A stretch of DNA of 64,000 nt from Asterias rubens (Eukaryota). The notes under the pieces were generated by a model. It had not been told where the DNA came from, made no database searches, and was given only the letters and a program-made list of their open reading frames with translations. The DNA is taken from positions 12,276,001 to 12,340,000 of the forward strand of contig NC_047069.1 of NCBI RefSeq assembly GCF_902459465.1, written 5' to 3'. Numbering within the stretch: the stretch's first letter is position 1; each line of letters starts with the position of its first letter. The position numbers and the translations under genes are program-made. Below are positions 13,301-24,201 of the stretch, piece after piece.

Positions 13301-16300
13301 AACACAAATTTATTCAGCCAATCTTAAAAAGTTAAAAACCAAAAGATCGGAAATTGCACCTCAAGCTCTAACAAAATTACATTTCAAAACACTATAATAT
13401 TTTTTTTCTTAAATTGAACGTTAGCAGGAGAAAGCCAACCTAAGGACATCCTAGTTCCCATTGAAAGCAAGAACTACACGAGGATCTGTGGATTAATATG
13501 GCCGAGCGGTCTTGTTCGCCCAACTCAAGCTCTGGCGTTGTCAGCAGCACAGCGACGATTTAAATCTCAGTTGTGATGGCACAAAGATCCTTGCACAAGC
13601 CACATAACCATAACTGCTTTGTCCTTTGAATGGGACATAAAGTCACCGGTACCTGAGGAGTTTTTTTCTTATGTTGCCCATGGTAGCAAGCCTGTATACA
13701 GACAGATTTTAACCCAGACCAAAAAGTGCAATTGTGTGGGGTGTTGTTGCTGAGCAGTCTAGGGCGGTGGACTTAAATTCTGCAATTTACAGAATGAAAG
13801 TTCGAATTGTGGCCTGGTCAATCGCGACACTTATCTCCTTGAGCAAGTAACGTTATGAGCAAGGCACTTTATTAAAAATACTTCTTTCCACCAAGGAGTA
13901 CAAATGGGTACCAACGAGACCTGGGGAGTAACCTGCGATGGACTTGCATCCTGTCCAGGAGGAATAGAAATATTCTCAATCGTTTAGTGGCAAGGAAACC
14001 GGAAATAAATACCGACCTGGTGAGCCATATTGGCTCGGGACAGACTTTACTTTTAAATAGTGAAATTGAAATATGTTCACCATACCCCAAACCGCAGCAG
14101 TCTACACAAGTGGGGCTACCTTGCATCTCCGCTTTGTGCTTATGGTGAACCCAAGACGATGCGCCACATGATAGCTGACTGCCCACTCTCTCACTTTGAT
14201 GGTGGCACTGAAGCCCTTCACCTGGCTGAGGACCAAGCCATAAACTGGCTTACGGACTTTAAAGTGAGATCAGCGGAGCATACGACATCATCATCACCCC
14301 AAACTAGCTACACCAGGGAACTTACCCGCAATTTTCCAGTCAACTGAGGCCAAGTTCTGCAGGCTGACTGGAAGCATCCACTGGCCTTCCTCTGGGTGTC
14401 TTTCCGGAGGTGGGTTCATCATGTATGAACGCCAGTAGATTGCCACGTTGGTCCTCCAGAGGGATCTTGCATCTCGCCTTAGAATAAATGTCTTGATAGA
14501 AATTACCAAACAATAATAATATCCAGTTAATAAGTGTTTTCACATCCGAAGGGCATCTCAAAGCGCTTCCAACATTATTACCCCTGCAGCCAATTTCACA
14601 AAACGCTAGGATTAATCCTATCTCGAGACTGAGGATTAATCTTAAGGTCTGCATGCTACAGTAGGTTGGGACTCGTCCTAAGTCCTAAGATTAATCTAAA
14701 GTTTGGTGAAATCGAAGACTGGTCACAGGCCTTAAATAATTCCTTTAACCATCTCAGCTCTCTGGTGAGTATACAGCCTGTGCAACAAACATGTTGGACA
14801 ATTCGGACACAGCCTTTAACAAACAAGAACCATAATATGGAATAGGCTGAACATTTTGATTGAAATTGGCTAGTGATTATAAACTGCAACTTACCTTCAC
14901 ACCGTGTGGTGGCAGCAACACCTCCACCGTGTTCCACTCAATCAGTACCTCAAGCACAGCCAAGTTGTGACACAGCCAGCGTAGCTGTACAGCGGAAAGT
15001 CTGGCGCGGTCTCTATGCTGTGAAACTACAGGCTTTAAGCCTGGCGGCAAGGGCCCGCTCCTACTGGGACCCTTCTGCATGCAAAGCTCCATCAGGGTGG
15101 GTACTCTCTGTGATCGATCTGCACCTTCGACTGAAACAGATTTCAGTGAACAAAATGATGAAAGCTAAAAACAAACAATTTTAGAGGACACAGCAAACAA
15201 AATAATAATAATAATAATACTAACAGTATTTATAATGCGCCAAATTGTCAAAGGATACAAGGTGCTGAGAAAGAAAGAAAAGGGAAAAGACAGAACAAAG
15301 ATAAGACCAGCTACGAAGAGTCAAAAAGGTGGGTTTTGAGAGCACGTTTGAAGGCTGTGACACTGTTTGAGCTTCTGGTTAGGGTAGGTAGAGAATTCCA
15401 TAGTCGGGATGCAGCAATTGAAAATGCCCTGTCACCTGCAAGTTTATGGGTTTTGTGAACTGAAAGGGATTTACCAGTAGAAGAGCGAAGAGAGTAAGAG
15501 GATGTCTGGAGTGAAAGGAGAGAGGAGAGATAATCCGGGGCACAATGATTGAGGGATTTATATGTGTGGACCATTGTACGGAATTGAATGCGTTGGGCAA
15601 CTGGAAGCCAGTGTAATTGCTTGAGAAGTGGAGATGAGTGAGTGAATTTTCTACTTAGAAAAGAAGTGGTATCTCTGAAATGAGATTGGAAATAAATGAT
15701 TTGGTCTTTAAAAGTCAAGATGAGTGTCATCCTAACTGTAGGACCAGCCTATGTTTTTAATATCTCCTTGGACTTGTCCTAAGTCAGGGCTAGGCCTAAG
15801 TTCTTTGTGAAATCGACTCCTGGACTGTCAACACAAATCTAAAGATGTTATCATACATGTAGCAAAGCCAACATATCTTCCTCCCTGTGAGACCAACATC
15901 ACCTATTATGCAAAATTCTAAGGGTGAAAAGAGATGAATGACAAATAATAGACAAAACCTCAGGCCTGTTTTACCAATGTCTAAATCGCACTCAGTGTCG
16001 CTGCCTCTCATAAAGTGTTCCAGGAACTCAGTTCTCAGCATGTGTCTCATCCTTCGCCTCTGTATCTTAGTCTTACGTCTGCGATGTGTACCATCTTGAG
16101 TCGGTAGAGGTGTCTCTTCAACAAAACCAATCTCATCCTCACTGCTCGTGTCGCTCTCTTCACATGAGAAGTCTTCCTGAACTAGAAATCAGAGAGAGAT
16201 GAAACATTGTTGAATTGTAAAATAAAAACCATCGCAAATTTCATAGAGTTGCTTTTGAAGCACAAAAGAGTGCCTGAAAAAGGTTTGGATGAGCAAGAAT

Positions 16301-16873
16301 TAAGCAGGACCAGTTGCAAGTCACATATGTGACATAGTAGTTTTGCTGGTAAGTTTATTATGGTAAGCATATAATGGTTATGCTGAGCAGCTTTTTGTGT
16401 TTTTAAGCAGCTCCATTAAATTGGGTCCATAGAGCTCCTTAAGCCGAACAGAGTTGCTTTTAAAAGCAGAAATAAACATGATACTGGTCACAATTTGTAG
16501 ATATGTGACATGGTCGTTTGGCTACCAGTAACCTTATTTTGACGAGCATAATTTTGGTGTGCTTATAGCTACTCTATGAGGAGATATAACTTAGAAAAAT
16601 GATTTAAGAGACTCAGTCCTTACTTTCCAGCTCCGCAAACGCTTCCTCCTCAGTTTTAAAGCCATCATCAGCATCTCCCTGTCCAGATGCTGACTTAGTC
16701 TCCGATCCTCTGCCTCTGTCATGATTGGGAGCAGGGACAGAGATGGGTGACTGATCATTCTCTTTGGCATCTGCTGACAGGGCTAGCGAGATAGAACGGG
16801 CAAACTGGCCTTTTTTTTGTATTGCTGCTAACTGTGCAGCCGAGATATCACTGGATTCAAAGCCCTCGTCCAT
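1359..16873 (-). CDS. Uncharacterised ~964-aa protein: acidic N-terminus, BC-box/cullin-box-like motif, TPR-like repeats, beta-rich C-terminal half (15 coding exons; 3' end uncertain)
   Basis: Exons on the minus strand: 16873-16624, 16181-15975, 15130-14895, 14491-14326, 13239-13098, 12562-12444, 11759-11537, 10540-10335, 9118-8860, 6930-6730, 6561-6418, 5564-5482, 4366-4056, 2618-2442, 1525-1359. All are GT-AG bounded, and phases join into one open frame of 2891 nt. The acceptor at 9119 is weak. TPR-like segments: LALAYVWWARGRCTRAQEAFLKVIQQYP and AMILADIGRLLVSFGQCDSAGRFYREAVELA. The last exon ends either at a GTAAGT donor (1358) or reads through to TAA at 1355-1357. Confidence 0.85.
1818..2185 (+). 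mobile_element. MITE family C copy with an internal rearrangement
   Basis: It carries the central hairpin AAAAGACTTCTAGCTAGAAGTCTTTT. The sequence then jumps back at a CAAGG microhomology to the left-arm sequence and ends GTGCCTTTAA. Confidence 0.75.
3278..3612 (+). mobile_element. tRNA-Leu(CAA)-derived SINE
   Basis: A box TGGCCGAGCGG, anticodon-like TTCAAGTTCTGG, B box GGTTCGAATCC, central TCTCCACCCAGGGGTATAAATGGGTACC domain and ATT tail. The acceptor stem is not intact. Related copies or fragments: 1016-1293(-), 11790-12165, 12140-12365(-), 12605-13075, 13495-14055, 42020-42330, 45650-45860, 61330-61520(-). Confidence 0.8.
4584..4926. mobile_element. MITE family B
   Basis: TIRs TTAAAGCCATTGGACA ... 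TGTCCAATGGCTTTTAA. It is the reverse complement of 356-701. Confidence 0.8.
4947..5265. mobile_element. MITE family F (TIR GGGCCCAATTTCAT; Harbinger-like)
   Basis: TIRs GGGCCCAATTTCAT / ATGAAATTGGGCCC. It contains a perfect 27-bp tandem duplication (5194-5247). Related copies: 11323-11516, ~16290-16590, 24202-24451, 25051-25233, 36835-37053, ~49797-49990, 57130-57323, 59542-59733. The flanks resemble CWG, so the superfamily call is inference. Confidence 0.75.
5655..5833. mobile_element. Small MITE (TIR TAAAGCCCGGTTCATACTTC)
   Basis: Inverted ends TAAAGCCCGGTTCATACTTC / GAAGTACGAGCCGGGCTTTA. Confidence 0.7.
7199..7985. repeat. Repeat family E: ~115-bp units, interrupted by an L2
   Basis: Units at ~7199-7317, 7717-7830 and 7831-7930. 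Related sequence lies at ~27345-27400, 44330-44520 and 50687-50830. Confidence 0.75.
7318..7716 (-). mobile_element. 5'-truncated L2/CR1-clade LINE
   Basis: The ORF2 C-terminus reads WGDRSFSIAAPRLWNQLPLHIKTSTSIHSFKTSLKTHL. A 3' UTR and a (TTA)n tail follow. Confidence 0.85.
8387..8765 (+). mobile_element. MITE family C, full length
   Basis: TIRs TTAAAGGGAAGGTAC ... GTACCTTCCCTTAA. It has an A-type body with a different central palindrome, AATAAAAGACTTCTAGCTAGAAGTCTTTTATT. Confidence 0.85.
14056..14297 (+). mobile_element. Non-LTR retrotransposon 3' fragment with a degenerate CCHC knuckle (I/Ingi/RTEX-like)
   Basis: It encodes LHKWGYLASPLCAYGEPKTMRHMIADCP...AINWL and ends CATACGA(CAT)n. The clade assignment is inference. 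Confidence 0.7.
15200..15725 (-). mobile_element. 5'-truncated L2-clade LINE
   Basis: It encodes LHWLPVAQRIQFR...GDRAFSIAASRLWNSLP...FKRALKTHLF and has a (TTA)n tail. Confidence 0.88.
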
Positions 16874-17039
16874 CTGCAATGCAATTCAAACGAAATGGTA
16901 CGTATATTAAAAATGCTAATTTTTGTTTACGGAGTGAGTTATTGTTTTTGAGTTAACGGAGTGAGTTATTATTTTTTTTCATTTTCATATTCTGGATGTG
17001 AACCCAAGAACACTCTGATTCTAAGCAAACTGAATCACT

Positions 17040-17285
17040 GTACTACCATGGAGGAAGGAATGTGGTACTAGACTACTATAGCCATGCAAGGACCTACATG
17101 TAGGAGAAAAGAAAGGGAAAGAAAGTTTCAGTTTTAGATGTGGGAGAAAAACACATGATAACTAGTCCAGGCAAAACCCACGTAGTCAGGAACTGAAAAT
17201 CCAATCCACGTGTAGTGCCCCCGACGCGGGGGACGTGATTCCTGAAGATGGAAGGCGAGGAAAGATACCAATCTGCCAACCCGTA
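17040..17285 (-). mobile_element. SINE-like fragment
   Basis: It has a GGGTTTT..CTGGAC...TTTCTCCCACATCTAAAACTG body resembling SINE central and tail regions. Confidence 0.5.
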
Positions 17286-17534
17286 TTTAGACTGTTGTGT
17301 TTACAGATAACTTGTAGCAAGTCTAATGACATGTATGTCAAAGGTCATGTGCATGAAGGCCGCCGTCATGTGAGTCATAGTAAAAATGAGTCAACGTGAA
17401 ACTGAAAGAAAGTGCAACATTAAATTGGTGACTTCAAATTGATTTGTCCTAGTCATAGTAGTTATTACAGTGTTAGCTAGAAGTGGAAGACACAACATAG
17501 ACGTAGAGTAGATTATGTTTTAGGAAAGATGGAA

Positions 17535-17660
17535 AAGTTTCCGTATGGCGCCACCACTTTTTCATTCGATATGAAATAATATAGTATCTTATTTACCTCA
17601 ATGAGATATCCCTTTTTGTAAAAATTAGTGAAAAGGTGGTGGCGCCATACGGAAAGTTAT
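17535..17660. mobile_element. MITE family G (~125 bp; TIR CCGTATGGCGCCACCACTTTT)
   Basis: Inverted ends are visible. Further copies lie at 19428-19566 and (partial) 53730-53823. Confidence 0.75.
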
Positions 17661-18128
17661 CCGGAAAGATTTCCGCATCTGCATGGTCATACTTTTTTAT
17701 GGATTTAATTTAAATGTTTTATTGGATGATGGCCTTTTATTTTTACTTTTCCCAAAAGTTTGACATACATTATTAGGCTGTAGCAAGCAGTACTGTCTAG
17801 ACATATAGGCCCTATTATGCCATCGATAACGGTGGGTTTTTTTTAGGTTTTTTTTATAGCTAGTATTACTAATTATAGTATTACTACTAGTACTAGCCAT
17901 GTATTGTTAGCTAAGCAATTCTGCATCGGGTAACCACATAAAATTCCTTTAATTTAGTACTATTAAATTACCTAGCTGCGCAGAAGGGTTAAAACAGAAC
18001 GTATACAATCCTCAATCCTCTCTACACTAACTAAATCTAATGTTTACAGAGGAGTGTCAATTGGTTGAAAATGAAACACAATTTTCTGAAATATCGTTAC
18101 TTCTTTTCACTCTTCAGTCTTTACTTAC

Positions 18129-18473
18129 CACCAACAAGTTGAACTTTACACTTGCAGTTCAAGCCTTCTTAAACCAAGGTGTGTGTGGAAGGAAATGAAA
18201 CAGGTCTCCCTCATCAATGATACAAAACTAGACAACAGGAGGTAAATAAACAATCGTTGATTCATGAAAGTTGCAAGACCAGTGTGCAACAATACAACAA
18301 TAATTCAGTTTGTTGTTGTCCAACCTCTGAATGATCGTTCCCAACGATTTGGTCCGTTCAGAAGTTAACCGTGCGGGGACGAGCGGAAACAGCGTGCAAA
18401 ATACATTAGCGCTGTAAACTGCTGACCAATGCACTTTTTGCATTGAAACGCACCGTGACCTAGCCCCCCACAG
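18129..18473. promoter_or_regulatory. Compact bidirectional promoter and first non-coding exons of gene 1 (-) and MTIF3 (+)
   Basis: A strong minus-strand donor TG|GTAAGT at 18128 and a plus-strand donor CAG|GTGAGC at 18474 face outward. There is a CCAAT box at ~18426. The TSS positions are not directly visible. Confidence 0.6.
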
Positions 18474-19629
18474 GTGAGCTCCGAAATAATTTCTCTAAAT
18501 TGTGATGTTTACGACAAAAATAAGGTCGATAGGTAGATGACGGTGGAGGTAACTTGGTCGGCCTTAAAAATATTGTGGTTGGCCATGGTTAGCGTTGCCG
18601 TTGTTGTACACGAGATAGATGCTAATTTACAGCAATTACTTTTTGTACACAACTATTGAACTACTAACTAAAGCTGACTGAGTAAAAGGCTGAAAGTATC
18701 GTGTAGAAGCATAGCCCCACTTGTGTGGCCAAGGCTACATGTAGCTCGGCTAGCGGCCACACAAAAGAAGTGGGGCTAGAGTACACAGAACTTGGCCCAG
18801 AACTTACTTAGAAAAGTGACGGAACACGCACTACAGTCTACACAGGGTTTGCCCTAGAGTGTTTAGATAGTAACGATGCCAATGACCAATGTGGCTATTT
18901 GTAAATGTAATGCATGGATTTGTCTATTATTCACAGTACACACAAAGTTATCATAAATAAGTCAAAATAGAACGACTACTATATACTAGTACTACTACTA
19001 CTACTAGTACTAGTACAGTAGTACTACTACCTAGGTAGGTATAGGCCCACGTACATGTAGTACAAGGCAATAGTAGTAGTAGAATGGAAGTAAGTATACA
19101 GTTCAGATCGGGCCCTGTACTCCTACTATGATGAGGTTTCGTTCTGTAGTCATGGTAGTGGAGACGATAATGGAACGAACCTCATAGAGTAGATATGTAG
19201 AGTAGGAGTAGAAGTAGGGCCCATCCATGTATCATTTTTTGACATTGGATCGTTTTGAGTGGAGGAATTGCATCCATCCCCCAGCACGTTGTCATGGGTC
19301 TTTTTTCTTTATTACAAATATTATTCAGATTAAAGTAAAGTTTACTTCAAACTAACAATAATTTTATAAATAGGTTTTGTTTTTAGTTTTTGAACTATAA
19401 AGTAATTTTTTAGGTTTAATTCTTTAGATAACTTTCCCTATGGCGCTACCACTTTTTTTACTCATTTTTACAAAAAAGGAAATCTCATTGAGGAAAATTA
19501 GATACTAACCACTACTTGTATTATTTCATATCAAATGAAAAAGTGTTGGCGCCATATGGAAACGTTTCCAATTTGTTGTAAAGGACTAATCTTCTAGAGC
19601 ATATCCTTTTATTTCAAGCAGGTGCAGTG

Positions 19630-22405
19630 ATGCTTTCAAGAGGACAGCATGCTGTGCTGCAGCAGTGCTTGATTCCAACCTGGACATCAAGGTCACAAAG
19701 TCTCAATCATCTCGTTAAAAGTCTCCACCAACTATCCAATCGGACTGCTTGCACTGGGTGCCGCAGAGACAGAATCTTGCAGCTTCGTCAAAACCCATGG
19801 AGTCGTAGAGTGGAGAATTACCTCAAAAATGCCAGAGGATTCTGCAGCACAAAGAATTGGACTCAAACATGCACGAAACAGCATCATCTTTTGCAGAGTA
19901 GAGAAGCTTTTCAAATTCAAGGCATCGTCCACAAGCCACTCAAGGCAGCAGTTTTTCTAAGACCTTTATCGTCGGAATCAGACCCCGGTCAGAGTGCCTC
20001 ATTTAAAATTGACATTACTGAGGAAGGCTTGGTGGATGATGTGGCCAAAGAACTTGATGCTGAGGGGGCGGGTGAAATCAAAATTCCAAAGGGGAAAACT
20101 TTGCCTAGGAACGGCTCAAAGAGGAATGGCTCATTGACGGTAAACATTCTTTTGAACACCGAGAAGCTGGTTTTAGTGGGTTTTTTAATAACAACTTTAT
20201 GTACAGTACAACAGCAGAATATGGCATTGCCATTCTCCTGAGGATGATCAGAGCATACTAATAGAAATGTCAAAATGTCAATCAATGGTTCTTTTCGTTG
20301 GTCTTAGGTTCGAACCCCACCTGAGTGATTTGCCTGTGGATTTTTTTTCCCCACAGAACTCTGGGAAAGTGCTGAGTACATAGTGCTTTATACATATCAG
20401 TGTGTCTGGGAAAAAAATGTTTGTGCTATTTATCCCCAATGCAAAAACTAACATTAGGTTTGGGTCGTTTTTTTTTTTTATCTGCAGGAATCCCTGGTAA
20501 GCGTTGGCAAACTTGTACCAGACAAGATTGTCAATCTCTTGGATGAAGAAGGGGAGTTGTTAGGTTCACTGCACCGTGCTGAGGCCATTAAACAAAGTCA
20601 GAAAACCGGCCTCAAACTTGTGTTGGTCAACTCAAAGACTAAGCCGTATCCAACATATAGGTACAGGGAAAACTTTGAGGAGTGAAGCTTAAGATAAAAA
20701 TAATAATAATATTGAATATTTCTAGTGCACCATGTCTGTCAATGATGACACTCCTGGCGCAAAAACAAGAACTCTGCTACATGTATATATACAAAAACAA
20801 CCAAAGTTCAAACATGTCAAAAGCTACGGTTTCCGATATATTTCTGTTTTGAGATGTTTCTTGAATTGAGAACAATTATCTGCCTTTCGGAGATGAAGTG
20901 GGACGCTGTTATGAGTTCAAATTAACCCAGGCAATACATGGATATGAGAAGAACTCTAAAGAGAACACTTGGATTAAAAAGTGGTTGACAAAAAAGCAAA
21001 ACTAACCCCTTGACACCTTTGGCAATTGTCAAAGACCAGTGTTCCCACTTGTTGGTGTATCTCAACATATGCATAAAATAACAAACCTGTGAAAATTTGA
21101 ACTCAATTGGTCATCGAAGTTGCAAAGGAATAATGGAAGAAAAAAAACCCTTGTCACACGAAGCTGTTCTTTCAGATGCTTGATTTCGAGACCTCAAAAT
21201 CTAATTCTGAGGTCTCAAAATAAAATGCAAATATTTTAGTGAAAACTTACTTCTTTCTCGAAAACTACATTACTTCAGAGGGAGCTGTTTCTCACAAGGT
21301 TTTATCATAGATTTTGTACTTTCAACAGCTCTCCATTGCTTGTTACCAAGTAAGTTATTATGCTAAAAAGTATTGTTAGTAACTATCAATAGTGTCCACC
21401 GCCTTTAACCTAGGGAAAAAGCTTGTCAGCATGTGACAACATACCATGGGGTCGATGCAGCCAATAAGGTCCCTTGCTGCAGGGTTTTTAGTTAAGTTCT
21501 ACTTTCCCTCAAAAACGAGACCTGACCAAATCCTTACTCATCTCTTCACATCAGATTAATGACGGGTAAACAACTCCACCAAGAGCAGATGGTACACAGA
21601 GAGAAAGCCAAAAACGCCAGTGCCCAAACACAGATCAAAGAGGTCCGATTGTCCGGTAACATAGAAAAACACGACCTGGAGGTCAAGCGAAAGCATCTGC
21701 AGGGCTGGCTGAAAGAAGGAGAGTCGCACGTCCACGTCAGAGTGACTGTGATGGGTGGAGGCAAGGGAGTGAAGAAGATCACTAAGGAACAACAGGTGGG
21801 TTAGGGTTCACAAAATATGGAAAATAATTTTGAAGGGAAAGAATTTATTTGTTTTTCGGACGAGTCCTTCCATTTGGTTTTCAGTTTTGTTCTGTTTTCA
21901 ATAAATACACTCTGAAACCAAGCTTGGGAGCCAAGAAAGATTACTGGAATTTGTTTGGTCTAATGAAAAATGCACTGTGTAAGTTATTATTATTGTTAAA
22001 AATGTTTTGTACGTAGGATTTGAAACTTTGCATATTGGTGGAAGTATAACTAAGAGAGGTTTGCGGTAACAATATGTGAATATCTCTTTTGAGTAGTGTT
22101 GGTTCTGAAAAAAAAACGGTGGTTAACGGCCTCAACATTAAAACAATTTGTTTATTGTTACTTGTGTTTACTAGATGGCAGTTGTCCACCAGTTGATGAA
22201 TGGCATTGAAGACCGAGTCACCTTTGCAAGCAAGCCAAGGGATATCGGCAGGGAGGGTATGAACCTCTCCGTGGTCCTCAGACCTATGTCAGCCAAGGAG
22301 AAGGCCAACAGAGTCAAGCAGAAGAATGCTGAGGAGAGCCTGAAGCAGGCAGCGGGAGACTCAAGGGAAGAGGCTAAAGTTCAGGATGAGAAAGTGGACA
22401 GTTGA
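19630..22405 (+). CDS. MTIF3: Mitochondrial translation initiation factor IF-3 (~384 aa)
   Basis: Coding exons 19630-20139, 20488-20660, 21555-21795 and 22175-22405 are phase-consistent. The IF3 N-domain reads VNLLDEEGELLGSLHRAEAIKQSQKTGLKLVLVNSKTKPYPTYRLM. The IF3 C-domain reads IKEVRLSGNIEKHDLEVKRKHLQGWL. The N-terminus is Arg/Ser/Leu-rich and presequence-like. AATAAA lies at ~22461-22473. Confidence 0.9.
20290..20455 (+). mobile_element. SINE of a third family in MTIF3 intron 2
   Basis: B box GGTTCGAACCC and tail ...TTTATCCCCAATGCAAA. The same tail occurs at ~1700-1815 and 31385-31483. Confidence 0.65.
21010..21408 (-). mobile_element. MITE family A in MTIF3 intron 3
   Basis: Homologous to the other family A copies. 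It ends ...CCACCGCCTTTAA. Confidence 0.85.
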
Positions 22406-22459
22406 ACAATGTGGACACATTCGTTCCTGTTTCTGGTGTTTGTTAGGGTGTAGTGGTCA

Positions 22460-22735
22460 ACAATAAATAATAAATACAACATTTTATAGAGCGCTATAAT
22501 CAGATTGACAAAACAGATGGGTTTTAAGTAGCGATTTAAAAGTGTCCAATGAAGGAGCTGCTTGAATGTGGGTGGGTAGCTTGTTCCAAAGTGTTGGAGC
22601 TATGACTGAAAAGGCGCGATCACCATAGGGTCTCATGGTGTGGGGTCCCGGGGAAAGCTGGAAATGAGCGATTGAAGAAGAGCGAAGCCGTCGGGTAGCT
22701 GATGAAAGTGAAGAAGAACCAAGGGTTTTCGTTCA
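22460..22735 (-). mobile_element. L2-clade LINE 3' fragment just downstream of MTIF3
   Basis: The minus strand reads RPYGDRAFSVIAPTLWNKLPTHIQAAPSLDTFKSLLKTHLF and has a TATT tail. That tail supplies the AATAAA nearest the MTIF3 stop. Confidence 0.8.
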
Positions 22736-23319
22736 GATGAAATATTCACAAGATGAAATATTTACAGTTGTTTATTTTCGGAAAGACTTTCAAGGGTATT
22801 TGCATCTGTATTCAGATTTTTAAAAGTCTCCAATGTAAAATAAAAATCCTGGTTTTTTTGTTTAAATAAAATAAGTCGGGCTCTGTGATGTACTTATCTA
22901 GCACTGAGGATACTGTTCTCAAAAGCTCAATGGAATCTATAAGTCCAGGGGTTTATTAACAAAATGTGGAAAATCCTTAATTTATGGGGGTAAAAGAAAT
23001 CAGAACTCAAGGATACCTGACAAACAACAGGCTCAGTTATTTGATAACATGCATGAATCATCAAATTGAATGTGTGAAGAAGCTTGTGAAGAGACCTGCA
23101 CAATTTGACTAGGATAATTTTGTTCTTCCATTGGCAAAATATTTTTGAAATGTTTAGTATTCTATCTCGTCTGTTGGACAATAAAACTATAATAATATGA
23201 CACCAAAGAGAACCACTTCGTGTATGTTCATTGTGTAATGGAATTATTTTCCTCATATACATTAGGTCAACAGTTTATCACCGAAAGTTAAATTTAAAAC
23301 AACCTTACTTCTTCTGCTA

Positions 23320-23695
23320 TAAAGACAATGGACACTATTGGTAATTGTCAAAGACCAGTCTTTTTACTTGGTGTATCTCAACATTTGCATAAAATAACAA
23401 ACCTGTAATTTTTTTTAGCTCAATTGGTTGCTTAGTTGCGAGAAAATAATGAAAGAAAAAACACCCTTGTCACATGAAGTTGTGTGCTTGCAGATGCTTG
23501 ATTTCACGACCTCAAAATCTAATTCTGAGGTCTCTCGCAATCAAATTACTTCTTTCTCGAAAACTATGTTACTTCAGAGGGAGCTGTTTCTCACAATGTT
23601 TTATACCATCAACAGCTCCCCATTACTTATTACCAAGTAAGGTTTTATGCTAATAATTATTTTGAGTAATTACCAATAGTGTCCACTGCCTTTAA
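23320..23695 (-). mobile_element. MITE family A between MTIF3 and GTF3A
   Basis: Ends GGACACTATTGGTAATTG ... AATTACCAATAGTGTCCACTGCCTTTAA. Further partial copies lie at ~3870-4010, 26860-27142, 29370-29640, 31715-32000, 58160-58392 and 61740-61925. Confidence 0.85.
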
Positions 23696-24201
23696 AGTTA
23701 CATCAATGTGAGCTATCGGCTGAAACTTGTGTTATCAACATGCCTGTTAGCTTTTTTGAGGTATAGTGGACACTATAGGAGTGCAGATTGGTTTGGGTGT
23801 CTACAGACAAATTTACCCGAACCAAATAGTGTCATAGTGTTGAGTCCACCATACCTCAAAATGGTCATTGGGCTTCATCGCTAGTCCCTTTTGAGGATTC
23901 CTTGCCATTTGCCAGAAAGATGTAAACAAATAAATACAACTTAAAACAAATCTCATTGAGCTCAGTGACTGTTACATTTAATCCAATGTATTTTTAGCCT
24001 GTTTTCAACAATACTGGATACAGTAATTATTATTAAAAATATTGGTCATACAGTAATTTATTATCAAAACCAAATAAAATATAGAAATATCTCATATTGT
24101 TTTTGCCGCACGACGATGTTACCAAAGAAAATTCAACTGGTTGTGTATTTTGTAAGGTTTGTCTGAGCACTGCATGCTTTGATTGCTCGATTAAACAATC
24201 G

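Noticed and set aside
14326-14491. RTE-like reading 'DEPTSGKTPRGRP' (ORF 14340-14654), first taken as a LINE fragment fused tail-to-tail with the CCHC fragment
   Set aside because: A different frame of the same bases is a GT-AG-bounded exon (phase 0 to 1) that is required to complete gene 1.
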